DNA from: a virus
Strand: one strand, 5' to 3'
IMG/VR virus record: IMGVR_UViG_3300042731_011014
Coordinates: 96,001 to 160,000 of that record
Length of the DNA stretch: 64,000 nucleotides
Part shown: positions 38,592 through 46,876 of the stretch, piece after piece
Layout: the number at the start of each line of letters is the position of its first letter
How positions within the stretch are numbered: position 1 is the stretch's first letter
The notes under the pieces: generated by a model
The model's input: the letters and a program-made list of their open reading frames with translations, nothing else
What the model was told of the DNA's origin: nothing
Databases searched by the model: none
Translations under genes and position numbers: made by a program

Positions 38592-39065
38592 TTACTTTCT
38601 TTCTATTGGTGCAAGTGTCTCCAGATCTTCCAATAGTGTACTATCTAATCCAAAAATGGAGTTTTCTTTATACATTTTAGCTATTTTTGGCGCCTTTCCC
38701 GTATCAATGTAATCATCGATTTTCTTGATAGTTTTAGTAGGCTTCTTTTCCTTTGATTTGGGAAAATGCTTCTTAATTACCTTCTCAATTTTCAACGCAA
38801 GATCGTTGGCAGATTTTATTTTGAGTTCGGGTTTCTTTTTTGCTTCATTAAGTGAATCAATTAAGTCACTTAATGACATTTCCTCTTTCTTAAACGCTAT
38901 TATATCAGATGGTTTCATATCTTCCCCTGATTTTACACCGCATGCTTTTTTAAGTACGCTATAAGCTATTGCCATATCCTGCTTTGATGGTGGTTCACCT
39001 TTTTTTCGTTTATGGTTTACGTTCCACTGGAACGCTTTCATAGAGCATTGTTTTTTTAATGGCAT
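38592..39065 (-). CDS. Basic hypothetical protein
   Basis: MPLKK...KQDMAIAYS N-terminal module, internal LIDSLNEA. Confidence 0.55.
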   Translation of the reverse strand: MPLKKQCSMKAFQWNVNHKRKKGEPPSKQDMAIAYSVLKKACGVKSGEDMKPSDIIAFKKEEMSLSDLIDSLNEAKKKPELKIKSANDLALKIEKVIKKHFPKSKEKKPTKTIKKIDDYIDTGKAPKIAKMYKENSIFGLDSTLLEDLETLAPIERK

Positions 39066-39454
39066 TATTTCTTTCCATTTGTCATTTTTTTAATGACCTT
39101 ATTAAGAACAGGTAGCTTTTTCTCAAGTTCATCTCTAGTAAACATTTCGCTAAAAGACTGTCCTTTTTTACCTAAATCCTTAATCCCAAAATTAGGATCG
39201 TTGATACTTGCCTTTGCTTTATTCGGCCATTTGGCATAAACAGAATACATGGTATCGCCGTCAATATTATCAACCTCTACGCGAAACACGTAACCATTAG
39301 GATGCTCAAAAAACACTTGCTTCTTTTTATAGGCTATAACATTCCATCCTTTAAATCTTGTTTTTGAAAATAATTTCGTCATAGAAAGATCTGTACTCTC
39401 ATTCAGCACTACTTTTAGCTCATTCAGTTTGATATTAGCCAGCTTGATGTTCAT
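39065..39454 (-). CDS. Hypothetical protein, possible internal head protein
   Basis: 129 aa; N-terminal VVLNE/S. Confidence 0.55.
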   Translation of the reverse strand: MNIKLANIKLNELKVVLNESTDLSMTKLFSKTRFKGWNVIAYKKKQVFFEHPNGYVFRVEVDNIDGDTMYSVYAKWPNKAKASINDPNFGIKDLGKKGQSFSEMFTRDELEKKLPVLNKVIKKMTNGKK

Positions 39455-39590
39455 TCCTATAGATCCTTTTTTCTCATTATAAACATGAGTTTTTTGTTAT
39501 CCCTGATAAGATTGTAGATACCAGCCGCATAATCTCATATTATCTGTTCGTCAATAGATATCATCTCATTTGCTTCAGATATTTTCATGA

Positions 39591-40004
39591 TTATTTTCCT
39601 ATTATTACAGGATTTTTAACCGTATCTATACGATCACTTTGACCATTGACAGTTTTTTTACTGGCCTCGTTAATTTTAAGTCTTTTGACAAGATCTAAAT
39701 GCTTTTCGCAAACCCCAATTACCTTACTAGAAATAGAGCTTTCACTTATAACACCTCTAAGCGCATAGTTAGATTGTTCGCCGCATACGTAACAAAGGTT
39801 TTTAAAGTTAAGTATAGGGCCATCGTAATCGTTAAACGCACCGCCCGATGATGGACTACCGCAACCATTCTGGGATGTACATCTGACTGTATTATCCCAT
39901 CTCTTTAACCCTTTTTCTTTTCCCTCCCAATATTTTTTACACATTGCGCAAACAAATATCAGACCAGTTTTCATCTCGCCAAGTACTTGTTCCTTCGTAA
40001 ACAT
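39591..40004 (-). CDS. Cys-rich (zinc-binding) hypothetical protein
   Basis: CAMC, C..C, CYVC and CEKH; start moved to MFTKEQ (GGAGA SD). Confidence 0.6.
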   Translation of the reverse strand: MFTKEQVLGEMKTGLIFVCAMCKKYWEGKEKGLKRWDNTVRCTSQNGCGSPSSGGAFNDYDGPILNFKNLCYVCGEQSNYALRGVISESSISSKVIGVCEKHLDLVKRLKINEASKKTVNGQSDRIDTVKNPVIIGK

Positions 40005-40017
40005 TATTTCTCCAATA

Positions 40018-40974
40018 CTATGAACCACCAAAGAGTTTCTTGTTTATATTAGCTCTAAACTTTTTAGCTAGTTCAGGTCCGCCAACTTCCCATCTTGGGA
40101 AATTTTTTATAAACGTTGGGTGATCTATTAATGACCCTTTTGGTATAATCATTATTAAGTCTTTTTTTAGATTCGCAGCCCATATATTATTTTCACTTCT
40201 TTTTATACCAGATGCAGCTTTTACCGCATCTCTAGTACTACTTCTGGCATAATGCTTAATTAGTTTTTTTATCCTGTCTTTTGCATGAAGATTATATACT
40301 TTTTCTTTTGGAATATACTCAAACTCTGGAATAAGCTTTTCAACTCTTTTTAAAAGAGCATTCGTAATTTTCTTCCCTGCTAGAAATAAATATTTTCTCT
40401 CATTTTTATGATAAAATAATGGATAATCAAAACTTTGCCTGAATCCGTAAGTCATGGACATTTTTTCCATTGCATCAGTTACGGTATCAGCGGATGTTTT
40501 TCTATATGCATTCAATACGATTTTTATTCTTTTCTCATCTACTGAACTTAATGATTTCTGATCTTTAGGAATAGTTACAGAATTCTTTATTTTAGTTATC
40601 ATCGATTTGGATAGTTCTTTAGTGATACCAAGAGCTTTATGAACATGATCAAACCCATATGGGGTAATACTTTTATCATCTTTATGCCAAACATAAAAGA
40701 TATGAACTATCTTCCTGTTACATGTCGAACATATTTCAGCTCTATCCCAATCACTCACCCTAACATCCTTAACTTCATCACCAATTTCTCTAATGTCCCA
40801 TTTCCAAGGCCAAATATAAGACACAACCTTATTTCCATTTGGACCCTCAAAGTTATCTTTTCTAAGGGCAGATTTTAACCAGTTTTTATTTGTATACTTA
40901 GATATAATTTTATCCTCAAAAAGACTCTTGTTTTTTCTGATAAAATCCAATCCCTCTCTAAAAATTTTACTCAT
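40018..40974 (-). CDS. Leader-bearing putative internal head protein
   Basis: N-terminus MSKIFREGLDFIRKNKSLFE; internal CSTC. Confidence 0.6.
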   Translation of the reverse strand: MSKIFREGLDFIRKNKSLFEDKIISKYTNKNWLKSALRKDNFEGPNGNKVVSYIWPWKWDIREIGDEVKDVRVSDWDRAEICSTCNRKIVHIFYVWHKDDKSITPYGFDHVHKALGITKELSKSMITKIKNSVTIPKDQKSLSSVDEKRIKIVLNAYRKTSADTVTDAMEKMSMTYGFRQSFDYPLFYHKNERKYLFLAGKKITNALLKRVEKLIPEFEYIPKEKVYNLHAKDRIKKLIKHYARSSTRDAVKAASGIKRSENNIWAANLKKDLIMIIPKGSLIDHPTFIKNFPRWEVGGPELAKKFRANINKKLFGGS

Positions 40975-41014
40975 TATATTTCCTTATTTTTAAGTCTAAT
41001 CCATATCATTTTCT

Positions 41015-42184
41015 CTAATGCTTTTGCATTACTTTTCTTATTTCTCCATCGCTTGTTTTATCTATCATATCTGCCAATCTTCTCATGTCAGTTAGTGTTT
41101 TTATGGCTTTTTTGGTTGGTTTTTTTGTTTTTGATGCTTTTATAATCTGCTTGGGGACCTCTAGAATAAGATCCTCAAGGTTAGCATATGAGTATTTCCC
41201 TTTGCTTACAAACCGTGTACGAAATAATTCATCAAAGGGGAATTTCAAAATTCTATATGCCCTATTGTTATGCCAATCCGGATAATTTCCTTTTTTGTAA
41301 TCATTTATAAAATCAGTAATGCCTTTTCTTATCTCGTCATTATCATAACTATCGTCATCTTTTCTTATGTCCAAAAGAACGTCCCCAAGTTTTTTCATAA
41401 AATTAAGAATTTTATTAAAATCAGATTTCCATTCGCTTTTGTCGCCAAGGCCAATGTCAGCTTCTTTTTCGCCGAACTTACTGGCAATTTTGTTAAATAT
41501 AATCATTTGTTTTGGTGACAGTGTCTTGCCGCGCTTAATCTGAGATCTAAACGAATCAATCATATCGTGATCACTATGAGGATCGCCTTTATAGTCGTCA
41601 TCCGGGACATTCCCAAAAATTACATCCTCAATTTTATCGCGGATTTCATTGACCTTTTTGAGCATTTTTTCGTCAACTTTTACATTAAAAAAATCAACAA
41701 CTATCTCAGGCAAAATATTTGGATCTCTTTTAAACTTTTGTTCAACCTTGGAAAAGTTCATTTTAAAGTCACCACCTTCACTTTTTGGATGATCAACTTT
41801 CACTTTTCCATGGTAAACAACACCGCCACTATCAAGGATAGTCATGAATGCATGGTATCTTATCTTCGATTTGGTTTTTCTTCCAAATTCTTTAAGTTGA
41901 ATTTTTTCGGCCACAACAATTGAATTTTTCCCATGATCATGACCCATTTTCTTAGCAATATCAGAAGCTTTTTTAAAATCAGTAGATCTAAAGCTATGAC
42001 GTGAGATATTTTTGCCCGCATTCAATAAAAACTTACCCTGCCTGTCAGATTTCCATTCGCCCTTGTTATTTTTAATGAGGGTATTAACCGATTTATAGAA
42101 ATCAACTATAGCCTCGTCTAATTGCTCAAAAATAAGCGAAGCTTCCCTAATTAGGCTTAATCCATGTTCTAATATTTTACTCAT
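41015..42184 (-). CDS. Leader-bearing putative internal head protein
   Basis: N-terminus MSKILEHGLSLIREASLIFEQLDE. Confidence 0.6.
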   Translation of the reverse strand: MSKILEHGLSLIREASLIFEQLDEAIVDFYKSVNTLIKNNKGEWKSDRQGKFLLNAGKNISRHSFRSTDFKKASDIAKKMGHDHGKNSIVVAEKIQLKEFGRKTKSKIRYHAFMTILDSGGVVYHGKVKVDHPKSEGGDFKMNFSKVEQKFKRDPNILPEIVVDFFNVKVDEKMLKKVNEIRDKIEDVIFGNVPDDDYKGDPHSDHDMIDSFRSQIKRGKTLSPKQMIIFNKIASKFGEKEADIGLGDKSEWKSDFNKILNFMKKLGDVLLDIRKDDDSYDNDEIRKGITDFINDYKKGNYPDWHNNRAYRILKFPFDELFRTRFVSKGKYSYANLEDLILEVPKQIIKASKTKKPTKKAIKTLTDMRRLADMIDKTSDGEIRKVMQKH

Positions 42185-42187
42185 ACC

Positions 42188-42652
42188 TTACTCCATTTCG
42201 GATATGATAGCGGATAAATCGCCTATTATACTCTCTTCTTTTTCCTGCTTCTGATACAATGAACTTAGCCCGTCAGTATTTATTTCGCCTTCGACCTTTG
42301 CGCATGACTTAGGCGAACTGAAGTGCTTACAATTTCCGCACCGCTTATTAGGGTCCTCTGATGTTTCAACATAACTGGCAGTCTCCTTGGACACCTTTCC
42401 TTTCTTACTATCGCTTTTCTTTCTTATACTCACATCAGATTTTTTGTTACTAATATTGGTGTTTCCTTTTTCCTTGTTATCCTCTTTACTTTTTTTAAGT
42501 GTCGGAGGTGGATCAGCCCTGTTGCCATCATCACCAATATTAGCGTCAGCGTCGTTATCCTGATCACTATCTTTGTCTTCTTTTTCGAGAATATATTTCA
42601 CTGTATCCTCAAGAAATTGAAGACCTTCTTTTAATATACTATTGTGTTTCAT
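42188..42652 (-). CDS. Leader-bearing protein with HiPIP-like Cys motif
   Basis: MKHNSILKEGLQFLEDTVKYILE; YVETSEDPNKRCGNCKHFSSPKSCAKVEGEINTDGLSSLY. Confidence 0.6.
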   Translation of the reverse strand: MKHNSILKEGLQFLEDTVKYILEKEDKDSDQDNDADANIGDDGNRADPPPTLKKSKEDNKEKGNTNISNKKSDVSIRKKSDSKKGKVSKETASYVETSEDPNKRCGNCKHFSSPKSCAKVEGEINTDGLSSLYQKQEKEESIIGDLSAIISEME

Positions 42653-42906
42653 AATTTTATTCCTTTTTCTTTTGCTAACGCTCTCAGATCGTCAATACTC
42701 ATATTGTCAAGAATATACGTCTCGTATCCTTTTGATGCATCCATTACCTTATACCTACCACTTATTTTTTTGGCATCGCCGGATCTTTTAAATGCTTTAA
42801 AAATCGCCCTTATAATTTTCATTTTAATATCAGCTTCAACAATCACTGAATGTTTTCTGATAAACTCTAAACCATTTTGAAGAATCTTACCGTATTTCAT
42901 AATCAC
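42649..42906 (-). CDS. Leader-bearing small putative internal head protein
   Basis: MIMKYGKILQNGLEFIRKHSVIVE. Confidence 0.6.
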   Translation of the reverse strand: MIMKYGKILQNGLEFIRKHSVIVEADIKMKIIRAIFKAFKRSGDAKKISGRYKVMDASKGYETYILDNMSIDDLRALAKEKGIKL

Positions 42907-42907
42907 C

Positions 42908-43456
42908 TCACGTATTCATCTTTCTTTCAGGAGTGAATTTAGAATGACGAATTAGCTCAAGGTTGAAACAATCATAAGTTGTACCGGTATCTTTGTCTCG
43001 ATCTATGCTGGTTATATCGAATTTAATACCATTCATTTCAACAATATCGCCTATTTTTGGGACAATTGTTTTGTCAGTAACTTCAGATGTTGCGTTAAGA
43101 GCAGTCTCCCAGTCCCCAAAAAGGATTTTTATTCGGGTATCAAAGGTTTTATACTTACCTTTTTCATCACCTGTTGTAGTGGTTCCAACAAACGCATAGA
43201 AGAAATCAAGCTCAAAACCAAAATCAACCTCTTTGATGTACTCGTTATTGATTGGTTCGTCATATAGTGGATCCCTGACAGTAGTGGCAAGATTTAGAAC
43301 TATGTATCGACCGGTAGTCTTTCCGGCCATGTCGCTTAGATCTATGTATTTATCATTAAGGCCAAAGCTTTTCTTAGTATCCTCAATCTCAGATATTATG
43401 TTTGTAAAAAACGCGGCTTCACGTTCCTGACATTTTGGCTTTGAGTCACAGCTCAT
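42908..43456 (-). CDS. Putative head closure (gp14-like) protein
   Basis: DPLYDEP and PKIGDIVEMNGIKFDITSI; position downstream of the gp13-like gene. Confidence 0.45.
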   Translation of the reverse strand: MSCDSKPKCQEREAAFFTNIISEIEDTKKSFGLNDKYIDLSDMAGKTTGRYIVLNLATTVRDPLYDEPINNEYIKEVDFGFELDFFYAFVGTTTTGDEKGKYKTFDTRIKILFGDWETALNATSEVTDKTIVPKIGDIVEMNGIKFDITSIDRDKDTGTTYDCFNLELIRHSKFTPERKMNT

Positions 43457-43457
43457 A

Positions 43458-43871
43458 CTATCCCCATCTTATTCGGCCACCAAAGCACTTGACAAGGTGT
43501 TCAAGGTGTTGCCTGGCCTCTTGTAATGGTGACATTTTTGGTTTTCTAACAGGTTCAAAATCATCTTCCTCGATACTGTAGTTGATCAAACTTTCGTCAT
43601 CATCAACGCCAGGTACACTGCAAAACATATCTATTTCACTATCAATCTCAGGACCACCTAACCCAAGCATCATATTACTAGTTCCACCACCTCCTTTAAG
43701 TATAAGATCCTCAAGCGGTGTACCCTGCATCTTAGGAGGAACAAATTGCTCAACCATTTTTTGCTTTTTCGACCTAGCAGGTTTACGTGCCTGTGGCGAT
43801 TGTCGTCTTGGTTGTTTTTTATTTGGAACCTTACATATACTAATGATTTCATCCATAAAGTTACTCATCAT
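43458..43871 (-). CDS. Hypothetical protein
   Basis: 137-aa ORF coupled to its neighbours. Confidence 0.55.
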   Translation of the reverse strand: MMSNFMDEIISICKVPNKKQPRRQSPQARKPARSKKQKMVEQFVPPKMQGTPLEDLILKGGGGTSNMMLGLGGPEIDSEIDMFCSVPGVDDDESLINYSIEEDDFEPVRKPKMSPLQEARQHLEHLVKCFGGRIRWG

Positions 43872-44446
43872 CTGCCCCTTTTTAGATCTCTTTCTATTCT
43901 TCTCTGCGTGCTTCGTCTTAGTGGTGACTTCTCTTTTTTGGGGACTTTCTTGCTCTTCTCTTTTTCCTTGCCTTTCTCCGCTTTGGCTTTTCTCGCTTCT
44001 TTACCTTGCTTTGTTCCGGTAGCCCCTCCAGATTTTTTATCATCATCTTTTTTACCCCTATTTAGACGTTTCAAGTATCTATTATACTCACGCTCAAACC
44101 TAAGTGTCATAAAATTGTAATGCGAAGTTTTTCTAGCGCCGCCACGCTCAAACGCATGCTTAAAATCACGTCTTACACCGCGCTGTGTTCGCTTCATATC
44201 CGAGACTTTCCCTTTATGGGACCCTCGTTTATAGAACGCTGATAAGCCATCCTTATGATGGTGCCAGGGTTTTGTCATAACATGTCTGCACATATTCATC
44301 GCAGCAAAAGCCCTGGTACCTTTTTTAGGTTTGAACTTTCTGTTTTTATAAACAGCCAAGGTGCAGTGTTTAATGAGCGTAGGTGCCTGTTTTAAATCCG
44401 ATTCACCAGCTTCAGCTAAAAGATGTTTTATACTAATAAGTTTCAT
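43868..44446 (-). CDS. Highly basic protein, possible DNA-binding core protein
   Basis: Lys/Arg-rich throughout; N-terminal HLLAE/A. Confidence 0.55.
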   Translation of the reverse strand: MKLISIKHLLAEAGESDLKQAPTLIKHCTLAVYKNRKFKPKKGTRAFAAMNMCRHVMTKPWHHHKDGLSAFYKRGSHKGKVSDMKRTQRGVRRDFKHAFERGGARKTSHYNFMTLRFEREYNRYLKRLNRGKKDDDKKSGGATGTKQGKEARKAKAEKGKEKEKSKKVPKKEKSPLRRSTQRRIERDLKRGR

Positions 44447-45332
44447 TTATTACTTTAGCCTTTTCAAATTTATACCTTCCAAAACAATCAAAACCTTGAG
44501 TATTAAAAATCTTTTTAATCTCCGGTCTTACATTTTCAGATCTATCAACTATCCAAATACACTCTGTACGTTCTTTATCAATGCTAACTTCTTTTATTTT
44601 AGAAGCGAATATTTTAACTTCAAACCTGATAGTAAACCATTCATCTGGAACATAGTTGTTATCATATCCTGATAAAACGAATGAGCCCTCTGCATTATTA
44701 AGAGCAAGGATAAGGTTTTTATAATAGCTATCGTCAATTTTAAATTCATAGTTCTGATCAGTGCCAATATATGGCGGGTCACAATAAAATAAAGTTTGCG
44801 GACTGTCCCATTTTTTAATTATATTAATAGCATCATCACATTCAATATAAACACTCTGCAATCTATCAAGTGGACTTTTTAATCTGTTATTCCCATTAGA
44901 CCAAGTAACACAATGATTTTGAGTAAATAAACCAAAACCCCATCCGCCATTTTCTATTTTTGCAAATGATTGATTTATATTAACATAATACGCCCATGCT
45001 TTTTCCAGATCGCTAGCGCCATTAGGATTTTTACATATTTCTACAGCCTTTTTATGTTCAGCCTTAGAGTATGGAGTAAGTTTTAAATGCCTTATTAATT
45101 CTTCACCATCATCACTACGTAGCACCCTAAAAAAATTAACTAAAAGCTCATTTTTATCGTTAAGAACTTCACGATAGTGAGTACTGTTAGTTATCATAGG
45201 TAGTGGTTTTGTAAAAAATACTGCTGCACCACCACAGAAAGGCTCTACATAAACAGTGTGATTGGGGAAATACTTCACAATTTTCGAAGCTATACGCTGC
45301 TTGCCACCATAATACGAAATAGGAGTTTTCAT
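44433..45332 (-). CDS. dam: DNA adenine methyltransferase (D12/Dam class)
   Basis: ISYYGGKQRIA, YVEPFCGGAAVFF, LNDKN, FYCDPPY. Confidence 0.92.
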   Translation of the reverse strand: MKTPISYYGGKQRIASKIVKYFPNHTVYVEPFCGGAAVFFTKPLPMITNSTHYREVLNDKNELLVNFFRVLRSDDGEELIRHLKLTPYSKAEHKKAVEICKNPNGASDLEKAWAYYVNINQSFAKIENGGWGFGLFTQNHCVTWSNGNNRLKSPLDRLQSVYIECDDAINIIKKWDSPQTLFYCDPPYIGTDQNYEFKIDDSYYKNLILALNNAEGSFVLSGYDNNYVPDEWFTIRFEVKIFASKIKEVSIDKERTECIWIVDRSENVRPEIKKIFNTQGFDCFGRYKFEKAKVINETY

Positions 45333-45511
45333 TTACCACCAACAAGTTTCATTGCTTTTTCTCGACCCTCATTAGGCTGACCAGTTTTCGGATCAACATT
45401 AAATAAACCAGGAGGAAGTCTCATATACTTACCAGCAAAAGTAGCTGCACTTTTACACGCCTTCTCATAATTCAAATTAAGTTCTTTCATATTCCTCATG
45501 AATTTCGCCAT
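45329..45511 (-). CDS. Small hypothetical protein, possibly the C-terminal part of a frameshifted gene
   Basis: 60 aa; overlaps a 29-aa ORF in another frame. Confidence 0.45.
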   Translation of the reverse strand: MAKFMRNMKELNLNYEKACKSAATFAGKYMRLPPGLFNVDPKTGQPNEGREKAMKLVGGK

Positions 45512-45566
45512 AATTAGTACCTGGAGCTATTCCAGAAAGCATTCTTAATTCTTCTACAAGTTTCAT
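45477..45566 (-). CDS. 29-aa ORF with an EELRxLSG leader
   Basis: Hand translation MKLVEELRMLSGIAPGTNYGEIHEEYERT*, starting 3 nt after the neck gene stop. Confidence 0.5.
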   Translation of the reverse strand: MKLVEELRMLSGIAPGTNYGEIHEEYERT

Positions 45567-45569
45567 TAG

Positions 45570-46313
45570 TCACTCCGTAAAAAAGCTTAATGGGTAAAAA
45601 TTTCTTGCTTCCTCTTTTAAGATCTCAAGCTCCTTGTCTGACTCATCAAGTAACTGGGCACCATCAAGTACCACTGCACCACCGGGTACAGGAATATTAT
45701 CGAACTTGGATCGGATCCTACCAAGCGTTTGCTTTGCGTGTGCTATGCAGCATTTTCTCAGAAAATCCTCCTCACGCGGTCGAAGCCGATCTCCGTCAAC
45801 AATACTTCTTTTATATTCAAAAATAGCTGTCCCACTTTGAGTACGCTCCGGCATTATAAGAAGAATGCCAGTATCAAAATCAAACTCAAAAGCAGTGTCA
45901 CCACTAAGAACCCGTTTTATTTGCTCTTGATGCTGAATCGATTGAACGATCCCGCTATACGTCAATTCAGACGAAATATGAGCGCTTTCATAGGGCACAC
46001 CAGACAGTCCAAGGAAATCATAATTGAGCATAAAACTAACGTCTACAGGGCCAGCAGGGAGCCATAACTTAGTCACAGAAACAAGTTCGTCAAACTCGTC
46101 AGCAGACAGAATCGTGCTAAGATCGTATTCCATAACCCCAGCTGTAATTTGGAATGATGCCTTTTTCTTTTTTCCAAGACGAGCAGAATACCACCTCAAA
46201 CCGTCGTCAATAGCATCATCAAGATCATTACTGCTAAGTTCAACACACATCTGTTCGCCGCCAAGCTTACGAACAATATAATCCTTCAGTTTAGTTCTCT
46301 TAATAACTCCCAT
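45570..46313 (-). CDS. gp13: Neck / head-tail adaptor (T4 gp13-like)
   Basis: KLKDYIVRKLGGEQMCVELSSNDLDDAIDDGL; AKQTLGRIRSKF...PGGAVVLDG. Confidence 0.88.
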   Translation of the reverse strand: MGVIKRTKLKDYIVRKLGGEQMCVELSSNDLDDAIDDGLRWYSARLGKKKKASFQITAGVMEYDLSTILSADEFDELVSVTKLWLPAGPVDVSFMLNYDFLGLSGVPYESAHISSELTYSGIVQSIQHQEQIKRVLSGDTAFEFDFDTGILLIMPERTQSGTAIFEYKRSIVDGDRLRPREEDFLRKCCIAHAKQTLGRIRSKFDNIPVPGGAVVLDGAQLLDESDKELEILKEEARNFYPLSFFTE

Positions 46314-46329
46314 CTAAACATCCTTAGTC

Positions 46330-46797
46330 TTACTCTCCTGTTAATTTTTTCTTGGCTGACTCAACAAGGGACTCAGTAAATTCGGTTGTTCTATTTATTT
46401 TCATAGCCAAGTTAACAGGGTGAACGTTTGCTATTTTCTCGAAACTGCCAAAGCCGGCCTTGATAAGTTTTTTAGCTGTCTGTATTCCAATACCATCCAG
46501 TTGGGTAAGATCATCCTCCTTCTCTGGCTCAATACTAAAATCCAGACCATCACTTAGTAATGGATCAATGTCTGAATCAATAAACTCATCAATAGGATCG
46601 ATTACATCTTTAACTTCCTCTTTTGGCGGTTCCTGTTTTACTTCAACATACTCTACCAAGATAGGTGGCTTTTTTTTAAAAGTTGGCTTCAAATACTTTA
46701 CCCATTCTTTCCCCGCCAAAATTGTAGACCTGTCAATGTCCTGACCGTTAATACATACACTATCCGCTGGCCAGGCGGGATTTAATTTATACTTCAT
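46330..46797 (-). CDS. Protein with C-terminal helix-hairpin-helix domain
   Basis: DDLTQLDGIGIQTAKKLIKAGFGSFEKIA; start moved to MKYKLN (AAGGAG SD). Confidence 0.75.
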   Translation of the reverse strand: MKYKLNPAWPADSVCINGQDIDRSTILAGKEWVKYLKPTFKKKPPILVEYVEVKQEPPKEEVKDVIDPIDEFIDSDIDPLLSDGLDFSIEPEKEDDLTQLDGIGIQTAKKLIKAGFGSFEKIANVHPVNLAMKINRTTEFTESLVESAKKKLTGE

Positions 46798-46815
46798 TGT
46801 GCACTCCTTGCGAAG

Positions 46816-46856
46816 CAAAAAGAAAGGAATAAGGAGGGAGACGAATGCCTCCCTCC
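46816..46856 (-). terminator. Rho-independent terminator after the major capsid gene
   Basis: GGAGGGAGG-CATTCG-TCTCCCTCC followed by a T-rich tract. Confidence 0.75.
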
Positions 46857-46876
46857 CTCAAAGGCTAAATTAAGAA

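Noticed and set aside
39455-39590. 17-codon ORF (MKISEANEMISIDEQII) with an in-frame continuation after TGA, suggesting readthrough or recoding
   Set aside because: Too short to support; TGA, TAG and TAA all end clear genes elsewhere, so there is no evidence for an alternative code
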